Source of the DNA: Naegleria gruberi
Taxonomy: Eukaryota
Length of the DNA stretch: 64,000 nucleotides
Direction: 5' to 3' (one strand)
Assembly: GCA_000004985.1 (NCBI GenBank)
Contig: GG738871.1
The notes under the pieces were generated by a model. It was given only the letters and a program-made list of their open reading frames with translations. It ran no database searches and was not told where the DNA came from. The first letter of the stretch is position 1; each line of letters opens with the position of its first letter. Below are positions 23,297-35,730 of this stretch, piece by piece. The position numbers were made by a program, and so were the translations under genes.

Positions 23297-25153
23297 TTAA
23301 GACCAAGTTTCAACCTGATACCTTTTAGCAAGATCTAATTGTTTCAAATATTCTTCTGCTTCTTGGTTTGTCATTCCACCATGGATTAGAACAGATTTGA
23401 CTGCTTTTTGAACAGATTCTGGCATTTGTTTGGAATTACCGGCAACGTAAAAGTAAGCTCCCTTGTTTACAATTAGATCAAAGAGTAAATCTTTTTGTTC
23501 TCCAATACGATGTTGAACGTAGACTTTTGAATCTTGATCTCTTGAAAAAGCTGTTGACAATAAAAAGTTAAATTGTGTTTCACTTGAGTATTTTGTAAAT
23601 TCTTCTCCATATAAAAAGTCACTCTTTTCATTTCTGCATCCAAAGAATAGAATACTCTTTCCAATCTCTTCTGTACTTGTTATTGATAAATTGGATATTT
23701 TCAAATAACGATCTTGAATGAAACTTCTAAATGGTGCAACACCAGTTCCAGGTCCAACCATAATAATTGGAGTGGAGAGTGATTTTGGTAAAGTCATTGT
23801 ACCCTTATTGATCCATACTGGTACAAATACATCACCTTGTGTTCCAATATCAGTTGAAGAAAGCCATGATGTAAAAACTCCATTTCTAACTCTCTTAAAT
23901 GGTGTGGTAAAGTTTACAATAGCAATAGTGACATGAATTTGATGAGGACACATTGATTGAGAAGAGGATATGGAATAATATCTTGGTTTGATTTGTGGTA
24001 TTAAATCTAAAATGTACTCAAGAGTTGGTTTTGAACCAGGAAAATCATCAAAAACTTCGACATATGTTCTTTTCTCTTTGTGATTATATCTGTACATATC
24101 ACCTGTTCCTTCTGCAGATCCAAAATATTCTAATCTTTCCCTCTCTTCACCAGTTGTAAAATGGCTTAACAATTCGAATAAATATCTTCTTGGTGTTCCT
24201 TGAATATCTAAGTATTTTTCGAAAAGGTTGAATAAAGTAATTACACTATTGCCAAATGGCATATCAGGAGCATCTGGATCAATTTTTTCTACTCTTATCA
24301 ATTGATTTCCATCTAAGGATAATCTCTTGAGTAAATGTTGGACTTGATTAATTGTGTTTCTTGGTAAAACTGCAAGAACATCTCCTGGTTGATATGTGAG
24401 AGCTGTTTGATGATTTTCTCCTAAATTTTCAAAAACAACATGTCTAACATCTTGCCAGTGATTTTCAGATGTCATTTTCTTATTTTCTATCATTTTAGCC
24501 ATGAATGGATTCTCTTTTGAGTAAGGACTTGTGCTGCTGGCAGATTTGAAAATGTATGAGTTTTTAAGGGAGTTATCTGATTCATCACACTTGATAATTC
24601 TATATCTTGGTTCTGGAATAATATGAGGTGATATAACTTCAACACCAACAGGTAGAGGATAAATACTCATAACCTTATCCCACAATCCTCTCATCCATCC
24701 AACCAATGCACCGTCAATTCCATTAGCATGTTGGTCATCAGCCAATCCTCTAGCATGGAATTCTTGAGCACCTAATTGTAATAATCTTCTATGAAGTTTC
24801 TTGGCAACAAAATTGAATTTTGAATATCCAGAATCTCCCAATCCAAATACAGAAAATTTGACACTACTTAAACTATCTGCTGCCAAACTCTTTCTTCTGA
24901 GAAAATTCCAAAACTTCTTCATATTATCAGGCTCATCACCTTGTCCAGTTGTTGAAACTACGAAAATCAAAATTGGTTCCGATGTTAAATTTTCAATATT
25001 ATAATCATCCAATGCAGATAATTTAACAGATAGATATCTTCTCTTTGCTTCTCTTTGTATTCTTTCAGCCACCTCCTGAGCACAACCGCTTTGTGATCCA
25101 TAGAGAACACAGATTTTGCGAGAGGAGGTTTCTACCGTTTGTTGTGTAAGCAT
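23297..25153 (-). CDS. NDOR1: NADPH-dependent diflavin oxidoreductase (NDOR1/Tah18 family).
   Basis: Flavodoxin-like N-terminus (YGSQSG..A..V), KFNFVAKKLHRRLLQLG identical to the human NDOR1 segment, and a C-terminal FAD/NADPH-binding module (GPGTGVAPFR...YVQH). Confidence 0.9.
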   Translation of the reverse strand: MLTQQTVETSSRKICVLYGSQSGCAQEVAERIQREAKRRYLSVKLSALDDYNIENLTSEPILIFVVSTTGQGDEPDNMKKFWNFLRRKSLAADSLSSVKFSVFGLGDSGYSKFNFVAKKLHRRLLQLGAQEFHARGLADDQHANGIDGALVGWMRGLWDKVMSIYPLPVGVEVISPHIIPEPRYRIIKCDESDNSLKNSYIFKSASSTSPYSKENPFMAKMIENKKMTSENHWQDVRHVVFENLGENHQTALTYQPGDVLAVLPRNTINQVQHLLKRLSLDGNQLIRVEKIDPDAPDMPFGNSVITLFNLFEKYLDIQGTPRRYLFELLSHFTTGEERERLEYFGSAEGTGDMYRYNHKEKRTYVEVFDDFPGSKPTLEYILDLIPQIKPRYYSISSSQSMCPHQIHVTIAIVNFTTPFKRVRNGVFTSWLSSTDIGTQGDVFVPVWINKGTMTLPKSLSTPIIMVGPGTGVAPFRSFIQDRYLKISNLSITSTEEIGKSILFFGCRNEKSDFLYGEEFTKYSSETQFNFLLSTAFSRDQDSKVYVQHRIGEQKDLLFDLIVNKGAYFYVAGNSKQMPESVQKAVKSVLIHGGMTNQEAEEYLKQLDLAKRYQVETWS

Positions 25154-25365
25154 TTTTTTTTGAAAAGAAAATTATGGAGAAATGGATTTCCACTCAAAAG
25201 ATTCTTCGTTCGTTTCAATTTAATTTTGAAACACATGTTGTTTAGGGATGATGAATATGAAGAAATGGGAGAATGCTCGGATAATCTCCTTGAATATTAT
25301 GAAAGTGCTTACGAGTTTGAGGGGAAATTTCTCCCGCCAATTTGTAATTTCAAAAAATCAAAAAA

Positions 25366-26004
25366 ATGACCATCATTTCAATCTTGGCAGTTCTAGCATT
25401 ATTTATTTATTTATATAAGGCTTTCTTTACATCGTGGAATAGAGCTGAAATGCCAAGCCATTCAACTGATTCTGACTTGGATCAGCATTCACAATTTTGG
25501 GAGAGAAGAATTGAGGAAGCATTAAATAACTTTTCATCTTATAGGGATTCAAAAATTGCTAAAAGATCATCAGAAAAAGTATTTAAAGAATTAGGAGAAG
25601 CTTGGGGAGAGTATGATCGTTCTCAGTTTTTAAAAAACAAAGCAATGATAATGTCAAAACAAGCAAAATTAAAAGTTCTATACAAAGAGAAGAAGGAAAA
25701 TGAGAAGAAAAAAGAAGGCCTCGTCATTATTAATGCGAGATATGGAGTTTTTGATAAGAAGCATAGAGCTATTGTCGATGTTACTACTCCATTACAATGT
25801 TTTGTGAACGATGCTTCATCTACAATTTCTTTCAAGAAAGGTCCATTCGAATCCTTGCCAGGCTTTGGAAACGTCACAGAAGGGATGTCATTTCCCTTAG
25901 GTGCGAACTTGAAGAAAGAATTACAAGTAATTTATCGAACGAACGGATCTCTTAGAATGAAAACGTTTATTGAGGAGGAAGGAAATGAAGTAGAATTGCC
26001 CTAA
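25366..26004 (+). CDS. N-terminally membrane-anchored hypothetical protein.
   Basis: N-terminal TM ISILAVLALFIYLY and a beta-rich C-terminal domain. No confident family. Confidence 0.4.
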   Translation: MTIISILAVLALFIYLYKAFFTSWNRAEMPSHSTDSDLDQHSQFWERRIEEALNNFSSYRDSKIAKRSSEKVFKELGEAWGEYDRSQFLKNKAMIMSKQAKLKVLYKEKKENEKKKEGLVIINARYGVFDKKHRAIVDVTTPLQCFVNDASSTISFKKGPFESLPGFGNVTEGMSFPLGANLKKELQVIYRTNGSLRMKTFIEEEGNEVELP

Positions 26005-26100
26005 ACCACTTCACCATGGAAGACAAGTCATTTATCAAACATCAATCACAAACCAACAAACAACAAGATCCAATTTATTTAATTTTCACTACTCTAAAAA

Positions 26101-27284
26101 ATGTTTATCACATCCGTTGCCTATGACTACTACAAGGGCTTCGTAACGGCCTTTATTGAAATTACGGATAACACTGATGTCATGGTTTTTGGTAAACCAA
26201 ACTTGAAGAAAATTATACCTATGGTGAATATCATTGCTCTTATTGAAAGTATCTTGGCAGTAATTTTCTTCATTCTAGTTGCTATTCGTGCTTCTGTGTA
26301 GGTTTCTTCTATAATAATCAAAGAAATATTTCTAACATCTCTTTGTAGTACTTCAATGTCAATGTTTATTGTTTTTGTTCCACTTGAAATTTTCTTCCTT
26401 TTCATGTTAGGTTTGATGATGGTTATTTTCTTCTCTTTTGTGATAACAGCATTTAGGTTTACCAGGAAAGTTTATTGGATTGTTGCCTATTGTTTCATCT
26501 TCCCAATTGTTTTTATTAACTTGTGTCTTTTCTTTGGTATGCCAATCTTGGTTTCTATTCTCTTCCCATTGCAAGAAATCAAAGTACTTCAAGGGTATGT
26601 TTTTAAAGTTTCGAATAATGTTTTTAATTGTTAAATAGTCAAAAAGCTTGGGATGTGTCATTGTTTTTAGTTCTCTGGCTCGTTGGTGGTTTATTGAAAG
26701 CATTCGTTAGACCAAGTGAAGACGACAGCAACCCATATCAACATGATAACAAGAACGTCACTTTTACAGCAATCTACGTCTGTGTTCTCTTCTTGATTGC
26801 TGTTTTTATTTTCTTGATTTCTGCTAGATTGGATGGTACTGTTCCATTCTCTACAACAACACCTTTCCCATCTGTATCATATTGGATTGTTTTCATTCCA
26901 ATATTTGTTATTTGGGCAATTGGTACAATTCTCTATTCTATCAAGGCATTCTTGGAATTGAAATTGGTCTACAAGAAGGGTGATGTTAACGGAGATGGTA
27001 TTTTCAAGTCAATCTTCTACATTGGAATGATTGTCTTCCTCTTCTTGTCACTCATCACATCCATTTTATTGTGTGTCAAGCTTTCACTTTCTGCTGAAGA
27101 ACAAGACAAATTCTCTCTTGGATGGTGTTTCTTACCTTTCATTTTGGGCTTTTTCACAATTGCTTGTTGTTGTTCAATTCCATTCTTCCCTCAATTCCGT
27201 AAAGTTAAATCAGCTGCTTTGAAGAATAGTGTCACTAACGAAGTTGAAGAAGCTGCCGAAAAAGAAATGCAATGTTTCCTTTAA
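26101..27284 (+). CDS. Multi-pass membrane protein, 3 exons: join(26101..26297,26349..26594,26639..27284).
   Basis: Three hydrophobic ORFs joined with consistent phases by GTAGGT (51 nt) and GTATGT (44 nt) introns. There are at least 8 predicted TM helices. Confidence 0.5.
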
Positions 27285-27487
27285 AAAGGAAAATCAAGAC
27301 AACTCAGATTGTCAGTGTATGATATTACTTAATATTAAATAAAATTATTCTTCAATTATTTACTAGGAATTTCACAAATTTACACTTATTGTAAAAGAAT
27401 AGAGGATAATTTAATGGATTGTAAAATCAAATGTCAAATATTATCATAAAAACCATTCAAAAAAATTGATCCAAAGATTAACTAACA

Positions 27488-30400
27488 ATGGTTGTTACAG
27501 ATCAACAGAAACAAGCAATCCGTCAGTGGATTGAAACGGTCACAGGGGAGAAGTTCTCAGATCCCAACGATATGTACACTTCTCTGAAGGATGGTTGTTT
27601 ATTGTGTGGGTGAGTTTCAAGTTTCGAATAATAATAATTTTACATTTCTCTCATTACACACTGTTTAAATTATTATTATATATGTTTATTAACAAATTAG
27701 TTTAATTTCTGCTCTCCGTTGCATTAAATATCCAACCTACAACCGAGAAACTAAAGGTATCATGTTCAAGGAGATGGAAAACATTGCCTACTTTATGCAA
27801 ACCACACAAAAAGCTGGACTCAAACTAAATTGGACACTGAAGGCACTTCATAAGAATGCCGACATGGATGCTGTACTATTATCTTTAATTGATTTATCCA
27901 ATCACATTAAACAGAATAATAATGAAGGATTCAAGGGACCATTCTTGGAATTGGGAAGTTCTACTGCTACCACCACCACTACTACTACTTCTGCTGCTTC
28001 CTCTGATAATTCATCATCCACATCATCACCAGCATCTGTAGGAACATCATCACCCCAAGTGAAAACAAGTGTTCCCGAACCAACAACACCAAAAGTCATC
28101 AAGAAAACATCAAATAATGTAACACCTGGTACTGATTCGAATGTTGATTCACCACCGACCATTACAAGTAGCAGTAATGGAGGTGTTCAATCTAGATTAA
28201 AGAGATTTTTTGGAGGTGGATCAAACGAATCTAAAACAAATGAAACTAAATCAGAACAAACACCTTCTCCACCAGTTACTTCAAATATTTCGACAACATC
28301 AGCAACAACAACACCAACAAAACAATCAACAATTCCATCTGTTACTTCTACTCCACCAGTTTCGAATACTAGTTCAACACCATCATCAACTAATAGCACT
28401 CCTGTAAGGACATCGTCTGCAACAAGTGTCACAACTCCACAAAATTCTTCCTCAAGGAATCTTCTCAGTTCACCAGCAAGTTCTTCATCCCTAACTGGAT
28501 CATCACCAAGAAGATCAATTGGAGGAAATTCAGATGATGACGATGACGATGAAGATGAAGAAGTGATGGATGAAGAAATTTTAACTCATGTTAAAAAGTT
28601 GAAGGAAAGTGTGGAAAATCCAACTCCTGAATATTTGAGAGTTTTAAATCAAAAATTGGAAGCCAAATCACTCAAGTGGTGCAACAAATTTGCCAATGAT
28701 AAGGGAGCTTTCTATTTGGGAGAAATTATCATAACAACCAATAAGAAGTATAAAGGAGCTAATGAAAAGAGTATTCAGGAACAAGCTTTGAATTGTCTCA
28801 ATACTTTGATTGATGTTGGAGCATTAAATGGTATAATCAAATATACATCAATTGTCTTTGCAATTGTCATGTTAACAGATAATAAGGAATCATTGAAAAC
28901 AAGAGTGATGGCTCTTGAATTGTTATCACTTATTTGCACTTTTAATGAACAAGGTTTTTGGGTTGTTTTGGAAGCTTTTGGACAGTGTAAAGTTGAAAAG
29001 AGAGAACCAAAGAGATTTTTCGATATTGTTGATGGGTTGAAGAATGAAAAGGATGAGAAATTCAAAGCATTCTGTTTATTATTATTCAATTCCCTTATTA
29101 ACACACCTCAAGATACCTCAATAAGAATTTTATTGAGAAATGAATTGAAATCTCTTGGATTGGATGATATTGTTACAAAACTTCAAAAGGATGTTGATAG
29201 TGATACTATCAAAGAGGAAAGTCTTAAGGATCAAATCAGAGCTTTTGATGAAGAAATGATGTCCAGGTTTATTGAAAATGATGATGATGAAGATGAGGAG
29301 GAAGAATCTAACAGTTCTCTGATTGACACCAAGTCTATTAAGGATCCACTCCAATTGATGAAGTTATTAACTATCAAACTTGGTGGTAGTTCAGTTGGTA
29401 TCAGTAATTTGAGAAATATTTTACAACATTTATTGGAATACACCCAAATTATTCCTCATGAAATGGATGATATCAACAAGTCTGACAAGATTCTCCAGGA
29501 CAGTTGGAAGAATATTGACAACATGTTGCATGCTCTCACCAACGATTCAATCATGACCAAGAATGTAGTAGCTGATGTGATAAAGAGTGAAAAGATGTTA
29601 AAGATTCTTTTACAAAAAGGTAACAAGAAATCGAAGGAATTGGATCAAGAGGTTGAAAACTTGAAGAAGGAAAATGATGCTCTCAAAAGAGGAGTGAAAT
29701 ATGAACCAGAAATAACATTGCCATCAGGTTCTGGAGATGCTAAGCCAACAACTGAAGTTGCCATGTTGACAAAGCTTGTCAAACAACAGAAAGAAAAGCT
29801 CGAAGCTATGAAAATTTCACTTGAAGATTTAGAGAAGCAAAATATTGATCTTTTGAGAAATATTAAGGAAAAAGATGCTGCTATTGAATCATTCAGGTCA
29901 ACTGGTGTCATGCCAACCAACGTGACGACTTCAACTGAAGGTGTTCCACCAATTCCAAGTGGAGGCGATTCATCGCTTATTCCACCACCACCAATTGGTG
30001 GTGATGTGCCTCCTCCTCCTGGTATGGGAATTCCACCTCCTCCTGGTAGTTCTGGCGTTCCTCCACCACCTGGTGGTGTCCCTCCTCCTCCTGGTGGAGG
30101 CGTTCCATTGCCACCTGGTGTTCCAAAGACTCCAGAAATCAAATTACCTGATTTACCAAAGAGAAGTTCCAAGAAACCACTCAGAAACTTCTATGGTGAT
30201 CCTATCAGAAAGCAAAAAGTTGGTACTACCGCTTGGGTTAAGGATGGTATTGCTGAAAGAACCAAAGATATTGATATCGATCCAAATGAATTGGAAGATC
30301 TCTTCTCCAATGTACCAAAGGAAAAGGAATCTACCAAAAAGGAGAGAAAGATCAAAGAGTTGGTTTCATTCATCGATCCTCAAAAATCGAACAATCTCTC

Positions 30401-31628
30401 AATTTTGCTTGGTTATTTGCGTCTTGACAATGAAGACATTAAGAATGCCATTATAGATATGGACGACGAAATACTTTCTCAACAAAATATCGAATCATTG
30501 AAGGATAAGGCCCCAACTGAAGAAGAAATTCAATCAATTATGGCTTATACAGGTGATAAGGATTTATTGGCTCCAGCTGATAAATTCTATTTGGCCATCA
30601 AGGATGTTCCAAGATTGGCTGGAAGATTGAGTTGTTGGGCTTTCAAGTACAAGTTTGAATCTAGTATTCCTGTAGTTATTCCAGATTTGGAGACTGTCTT
30701 GTTTGCATCTCAGGAAGTTCAAAGAAGTAAGAAATTCAAAGAATTACTTACAGTTATTCTTGCCATTGCAAACTTTTTGAATGCCAACTCATCTAAGAAG
30801 GATTCCTATGGTTTCACACTTTCTAGTTTGTCAAAGTTGAAGGATACTAAAGCAGTTGATGGTAAGACAACCTTACTTCAATATATTGGTATCTTCTGTA
30901 CAAAGAAGAATCAAAATGTTTTGAGAATTAGAGAAGATTTCGGTAATTTGGAAATGGCTACAAGAGTGTCCTTTCCAGAAACTCTTTCTGAAATCTCCAA
31001 GTTGAAAGCAGGTGTTGAAGAAATTGAAAAAGAATTGAACAGACCAGAGTGGAAGAATAATAAGAACGACAAGTTCTATAAGATTATGAGCGAATTTTTG
31101 GAAAATGCTAAGGGTGATATGCGTGTTGTCAATATTTTGACAGGAAAGATTGAACTCAGTCTCAAGACTTTGGCAGATCTCTATGCAGAAGATGAAAAGA
31201 TTTTAACAAAGAATCCAACTGAATTCTTCATGCAAATATTCACATTCTTGGAATCATTCCTTTCCAGTTTGGAAGATTATTTGAGACAAAGAATTTTAGA
31301 AAGAAGGAAGAGAGAAAAGAGAGAAAAACAAAGACAATTGGAGTTGAGAAAGATGCAACAACGAAAACAAATGGAATTAGAAGCACTCAAAAAGAAGAAA
31401 CAACAAGAAACCTCACCTGCAGCTGCAGGTGGTGAACTAACACCAGAATCAGGAGAAAAACGAAATATCAAACAAGCTATCAGACAAAGAAAGCAAAGCA
31501 TGATGTCAGGTGAAGCTTTCAGAGACAAGAGAGAATCCAGAATGGCAGTCAAACAACAACAAGAGTCATCCTCACTCCCATTCCCAGTCAATCTAAGAAA
31601 AACAAAATCCGAAGCAGTTGAACAATAA
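27488..31628 (+). CDS. Diaphanous-type formin with an extra N-terminal calponin-homology domain (CH, S/T-rich linker, GBD/FH3, coiled coil, FH1 poly-Pro, FH2). join(27488..27609,27701..31628).
   Basis: FH1 GIPPPPG/VPPPPG repeats, FH2, and an FH3/armadillo region. The N-terminal CH-domain pattern (IRQWIETVTGEKFSDPNDMYTSLKDGCLLCG|LISAL...NIAYFMQ...) is split by a 91-nt GTGAGT...AG intron. Confidence 0.8.
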
Positions 31629-32142
31629 AATTTCTTATTTTCACAAAACCACAAATTTTCCAAATTTAAAAATATTAAAAAATTGCACATGCTTTAATTG
31701 CTTGATTTGTTTTTGTTTCAGATGATTATAACACTTTTCATGTGCACGAATGACTTCTGGATGATCGTGCCTCTACTACCAAGATCTATGATGCAATTAT
31801 TATTGTTTATCAGGTAATAATTTGATATCTACTCGGAGAGTTTTGTTTTTGCCTGGCTATTCATCATGTTGAATGCCATTTGACAATCACAAGCTCTTTC
31901 GAACACTCAGATCAAGCAGAAGGAAAATTGAATTGACCAGTTCAAAAACATTGGATCACTTTTGATCCAAATTATTTATCAGAATTGAGTCCATTACATA
32001 AAGAGAGTTTTATTAGGACTTATCCATAATTCTAACAATGGTTGTTGCAAAATGTCAAATTCAGTGTATTATTTTGATGTGCATCCAGTTCAGAAGGTAT
32101 CTTGTTGAGCCAGACACAATATTTCTGTGTTATTTTATAATT

Positions 32143-32400
32143 TTACAATTGTCCACAAACCTCAATCTTAACTACACGGGCTGGGGTGGTACCACGGAGA
32201 GGAACCGTGTTAATAGCAGTCACAACGTTAGTTCCTGAAACAACTTCACCAACAACTACTTGATTGTGACCAAAACTTGGCATTGGTGAGACAAGAATAC
32301 CAAGTGTGCTGAAACGAAAAATTTCAAGTGGAGAACTCAATTTTCCAAATAGCACCTAGTTCCTTAATATTTCATTCCAAATTTTTTGGGTGCTATTCGC
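32143..32400 (-). pseudogene. Decayed cyclophilin C-terminal fragment (EIFRFSTLGILVSP...HNQVVVGEVVSG...KIEVCGQL*).
   Basis: It aligns to the cyclophilin C-terminal half but lacks about 20 aa of the core (the NGSQFF region) and has no upstream exon. Likely a relic of a duplicated, highly expressed cyclophilin A-type gene. Confidence 0.4.
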
Positions 32401-32611
32401 GAACCTAAGGTTTTGCACACGCTGCAGCCTTTCTATTAATACGGAACAGATTACCTCATTTGTAGGCACAAAGTTCATTGATATTGCGTAGTGCATTGAA
32501 TACAAGTTCTTTAATCATTTTTTCAGACTTGAGAAGCATGAAGAAGTACGCTTAATAAATCTGTTCAATCATTGTTAAATTGATCAATTATTGTGCTATG
32601 AAAGAGTCTCT

Positions 32612-33284
32612 TTATTTACATTGACCACAATTTGTAATTTTAACCTCAAGAGTTGGATTGTGAACATTGTTGGTTCCTCTCTTTGTTGGAACTCCTTGTT
32701 CAATATGTGTGATGACATCCATTCCGTCAATGACTTCACCAAAAACAACATGTTTTCCATCCATATCCTTATGAGCATTGGTCATGATGAGAAAGAGAGA
32801 ACTATTGGTATTGGGACCAACATTGTACATTGACAAGAGACCAGGCTTTGTGTGACTGACCTTAAAGTTTTCATCAGCAAATTTTCCTCCATAAATTGAT
32901 TTACCTCCTTTACCATTATGAGAACTGGTATCAGTTACATCACCTCCATTGATGAATAATCCTTTAACAACTGGTAGACACTACGTTAGCATCATTCGAT
33001 CAAACAAGAAACCTACTTCTATGAATGACTGTATCCTTATATCCAAACCCATGTTCACCAGTGCAGAGTGCTCTGAAATTTTCTGCTGTTTTTGGAACAA
33101 TATCACTGTACAATTCAAATGTTACCTTACCAACACTATTACCTCCAACTGAAAATTCGAAAAACACTTTTGGTCTTTTAACAGCTGGTGTTTTTGCTGC
33201 TGGAGCTGTGGAAGTTTTAGCTGTGGTTGTTGCTGTTTTGCTAGCAGAACTTGCTGGTTTGGTTGTGGTTGTTGGGGGAGCCAT
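32612..33284 (-). CDS. Cyclophilin-type peptidyl-prolyl isomerase with a T/A/K-rich N-terminal extension. complement(join(32612..32970,33017..33284)).
   Basis: ...[20 protein letters not shown]|[14 protein letters not shown]...KHVVFGEV...NCGQCK. The 46-nt intron is GTAGGT...GCTAAC...AG. Confidence 0.85.
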
Positions 33285-33619
33285 GTGATTGATTTTATTT
33301 ATTAAGTAAATTAAGTTCAAGTGAGGGGGAGAGCAAACTTTGATACTAGTATGTGAGAGCCTTTTTTGATAAAAATTACCTCAAACACTTTGAAAGCATA
33401 GTTGCCCCGGCTCGGTGTAATTACAGGTATTAAAAGTTATTGCCTCGGATTTTCAAGTTTTTCACTTGTTCCTCAATAGGTGGGGAAAGTTAAACTTGAA
33501 AGTTAAAAGTGAAATTGAAGTAAAAGTCACAATTGAATGCCACATCACTTGACAATATTAATTTCGGAACTGAGAGGTGAATAATTTTCAAACATCTAAA
33601 AATTACCACAACATCAAAA

Positions 33620-35620
33620 ATGAACCGCGTCCAACATCAAACCAAGAAGAAGAAAGTCTTTGTGGACAATAAAAACTCTGCCTTCTCTCAAAGAAACACT
33701 GACGATGCTGCATCCACTGAATCAAGTAATACTAGTGGTGCACCACCACCATCCGAACATCAACAACAAAAGCAACAAAAAAAGATGGCTTTTAAAAAGG
33801 TGAACAATAATAACAACAACAACACTGCTACATCAACAAGTGCTAGTGGCAGTGTAAGTAATAGTGCCATTAGCAAATTTACTTGTTGTATTTGTTGTGA
33901 AGAATCAAGTGTTAGAACAATTTTCCAAACTTGTAACCATAGTGATGTCTGTCACAAATGTTCCTTGAGATTGCGTGTTTTAAACAATGACAATCGTTGT
34001 TGCATTTGTAAGAACGCTTCAGAATGTGTCATTTTCTCACAGAGGCAAAACATCAAGTCATTCTCGGAATATACAAAAGATGACTTGGTCTATGATGAAA
34101 CATGGAAGGTTTATACAGATGATTATTTATTAATGAATGATATAACTTCTCTGAGAAGAATAGAATGTAGGCTGTGTAAGGAAAGCGGTGTTACACTTGC
34201 TTTTGAAAATTCCAACCTTTTAAACAACCACATGAACGAGGTTCACAAACTCAACTATTGTGCATATTGTTTAGCGAGTAGAAAAGTATTTTTGTGTGAA
34301 CAGAAGCTTTATAATTGGAGCAATTTAATGAAGCATATTAGATTTGGTGAAGAGGATCCAAACTATGGTAAAATTGAAGGACATCCTCTCTGTAAATTCT
34401 GTAATGTTAGATTCTATTCCGATGACGAAATCTTTGATCATATGTATAAGAGACACGAAAGATGTTTTATTTGTCAAAAACATGGTGTTCAATTCGAATT
34501 CTATCATGATTATAAGCATTTGGAACGTCACTTTGATCAAAAGCACTTTTTATGTCCTCACAGTGAATGTAAAGAGGACGGGTTCAAAGTTTTTGAGAAT
34601 GAATTGGAATTGATGGCCCACAAAAATAGATATCACTCTTCGACCACTAGTACCTCTAAGAAATCCAAGACTCAAAAATTGGATCTTTCAACACTTTCCA
34701 CAACAACTCACCTTCCAACAGATGATGAAAGAAGGCAAGTAAGAACAGGTGAAATCAATTCATCTATCATTAGATTTGTCGACACTGCTGGTGATGGTTA
34801 TCACAATGACAATATTCATAAGAAACAACCAGGTGAATCATCTAACAATAAGAAGCAAAAACAAAAGAAGGAAAAGGAATCTAGCTCTGACTTTAAGGAG
34901 AAGAATAATCAACTTGTAAAAAAGATGAAAGAATTATTATCCGAGAATCAATTCCAGGATCTTAAGGTTCTGAGCAGTCAATTTTTGCGAGGTGACACAC
35001 TTGCTAGCGAATACTACTCAAAGGTAATCTCAATGCTGGGTGAAGAAAAGACGAAGGATATTTTTGATTTGATGGTTGAAGCAATTCCACCACAAGACGA
35101 AAATAAGAAGAAAGCTCTTCTCTTAGCTAAGAATACCTATCATTCTGCTGAATTTAATCCAAATTTGGGTAAGGAGGATGCTAACACTACCTCTTCTCCT
35201 CAATCTTCATCTGATGCTACACCTCAAAATTGGCCAACCTTGAATAATGGCAATGGTAATGGCAATAATAACAAGTCCAAATCATCAGATCCAAATTGGA
35301 ATCCTCAAAATCCTCAACCAACTCCAAATCAACAATCAAAAAAGAAGAATAAGGGACCAATTGCTCACAATATTACAAGAAATCCTGATCTGTTATGGGG
35401 TGTTCAAACATCTACTGCTCCATCAGGATTGAATAAGGAAATGGAATTCCCAACATTACCAACAGCACCATCATCTTCTAAGAGTTCAAAGAAAGCAAAT
35501 TCTAATTGGACCAAACCTCTCAAAGAAGAAAAGAAAAATAGTAACAGTCCATACTCTGAATTCGGAAACATCAAGGTTTATAAATTCAGTGAGAGTAAGA
35601 AGAAAAATAAGAATAAATAA
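33620..35620 (+). CDS. ZNF598: RING plus C2H2 zinc-finger E3 ligase of the ZNF598/Hel2 type.
   Basis: N-terminal RING (CCICCEE...CNHSDVCHKCSLRL...CCICK) followed by several C2H2-like fingers (CRLCKE...HMNEVH, CKFCNVRF...HMYKRH). N/K-rich tail. Confidence 0.65.
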   Translation: MNRVQHQTKKKKVFVDNKNSAFSQRNTDDAASTESSNTSGAPPPSEHQQQKQQKKMAFKKVNNNNNNNTATSTSASGSVSNSAISKFTCCICCEESSVRTIFQTCNHSDVCHKCSLRLRVLNNDNRCCICKNASECVIFSQRQNIKSFSEYTKDDLVYDETWKVYTDDYLLMNDITSLRRIECRLCKESGVTLAFENSNLLNNHMNEVHKLNYCAYCLASRKVFLCEQKLYNWSNLMKHIRFGEEDPNYGKIEGHPLCKFCNVRFYSDDEIFDHMYKRHERCFICQKHGVQFEFYHDYKHLERHFDQKHFLCPHSECKEDGFKVFENELELMAHKNRYHSSTTSTSKKSKTQKLDLSTLSTTTHLPTDDERRQVRTGEINSSIIRFVDTAGDGYHNDNIHKKQPGESSNNKKQKQKKEKESSSDFKEKNNQLVKKMKELLSENQFQDLKVLSSQFLRGDTLASEYYSKVISMLGEEKTKDIFDLMVEAIPPQDENKKKALLLAKNTYHSAEFNPNLGKEDANTTSSPQSSSDATPQNWPTLNNGNGNGNNNKSKSSDPNWNPQNPQPTPNQQSKKKNKGPIAHNITRNPDLLWGVQTSTAPSGLNKEMEFPTLPTAPSSSKSSKKANSNWTKPLKEEKKNSNSPYSEFGNIKVYKFSESKKKNKNK

Positions 35621-35730
35621 TCAATTTGTTTTTTAAAATCCAATCAATTTTTGCTTATTTCATCACCACTTAAAGCTGCCTTGTTCGGACATTTTACATC
35701 AATTTTTCACCAAAATCAGATTTAAAAAAA

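Noticed and set aside
25139-25369. 76-codon ORF in the spacer between NDOR1 and the 25366 gene
   Set aside because: It begins with the reverse read of the NDOR1 start region and spans a divergent promoter. There is no homology and its context is poor, so it is most likely spurious.
29950-30140. Apparent tandem DNA repeat (GGTGGTGTCCCTCCTCCTCCTGGT...)
   Set aside because: This is the formin FH1 poly-proline coding region (GIPPPPG/VPPPPG units), not a non-coding satellite or CRISPR-like array.
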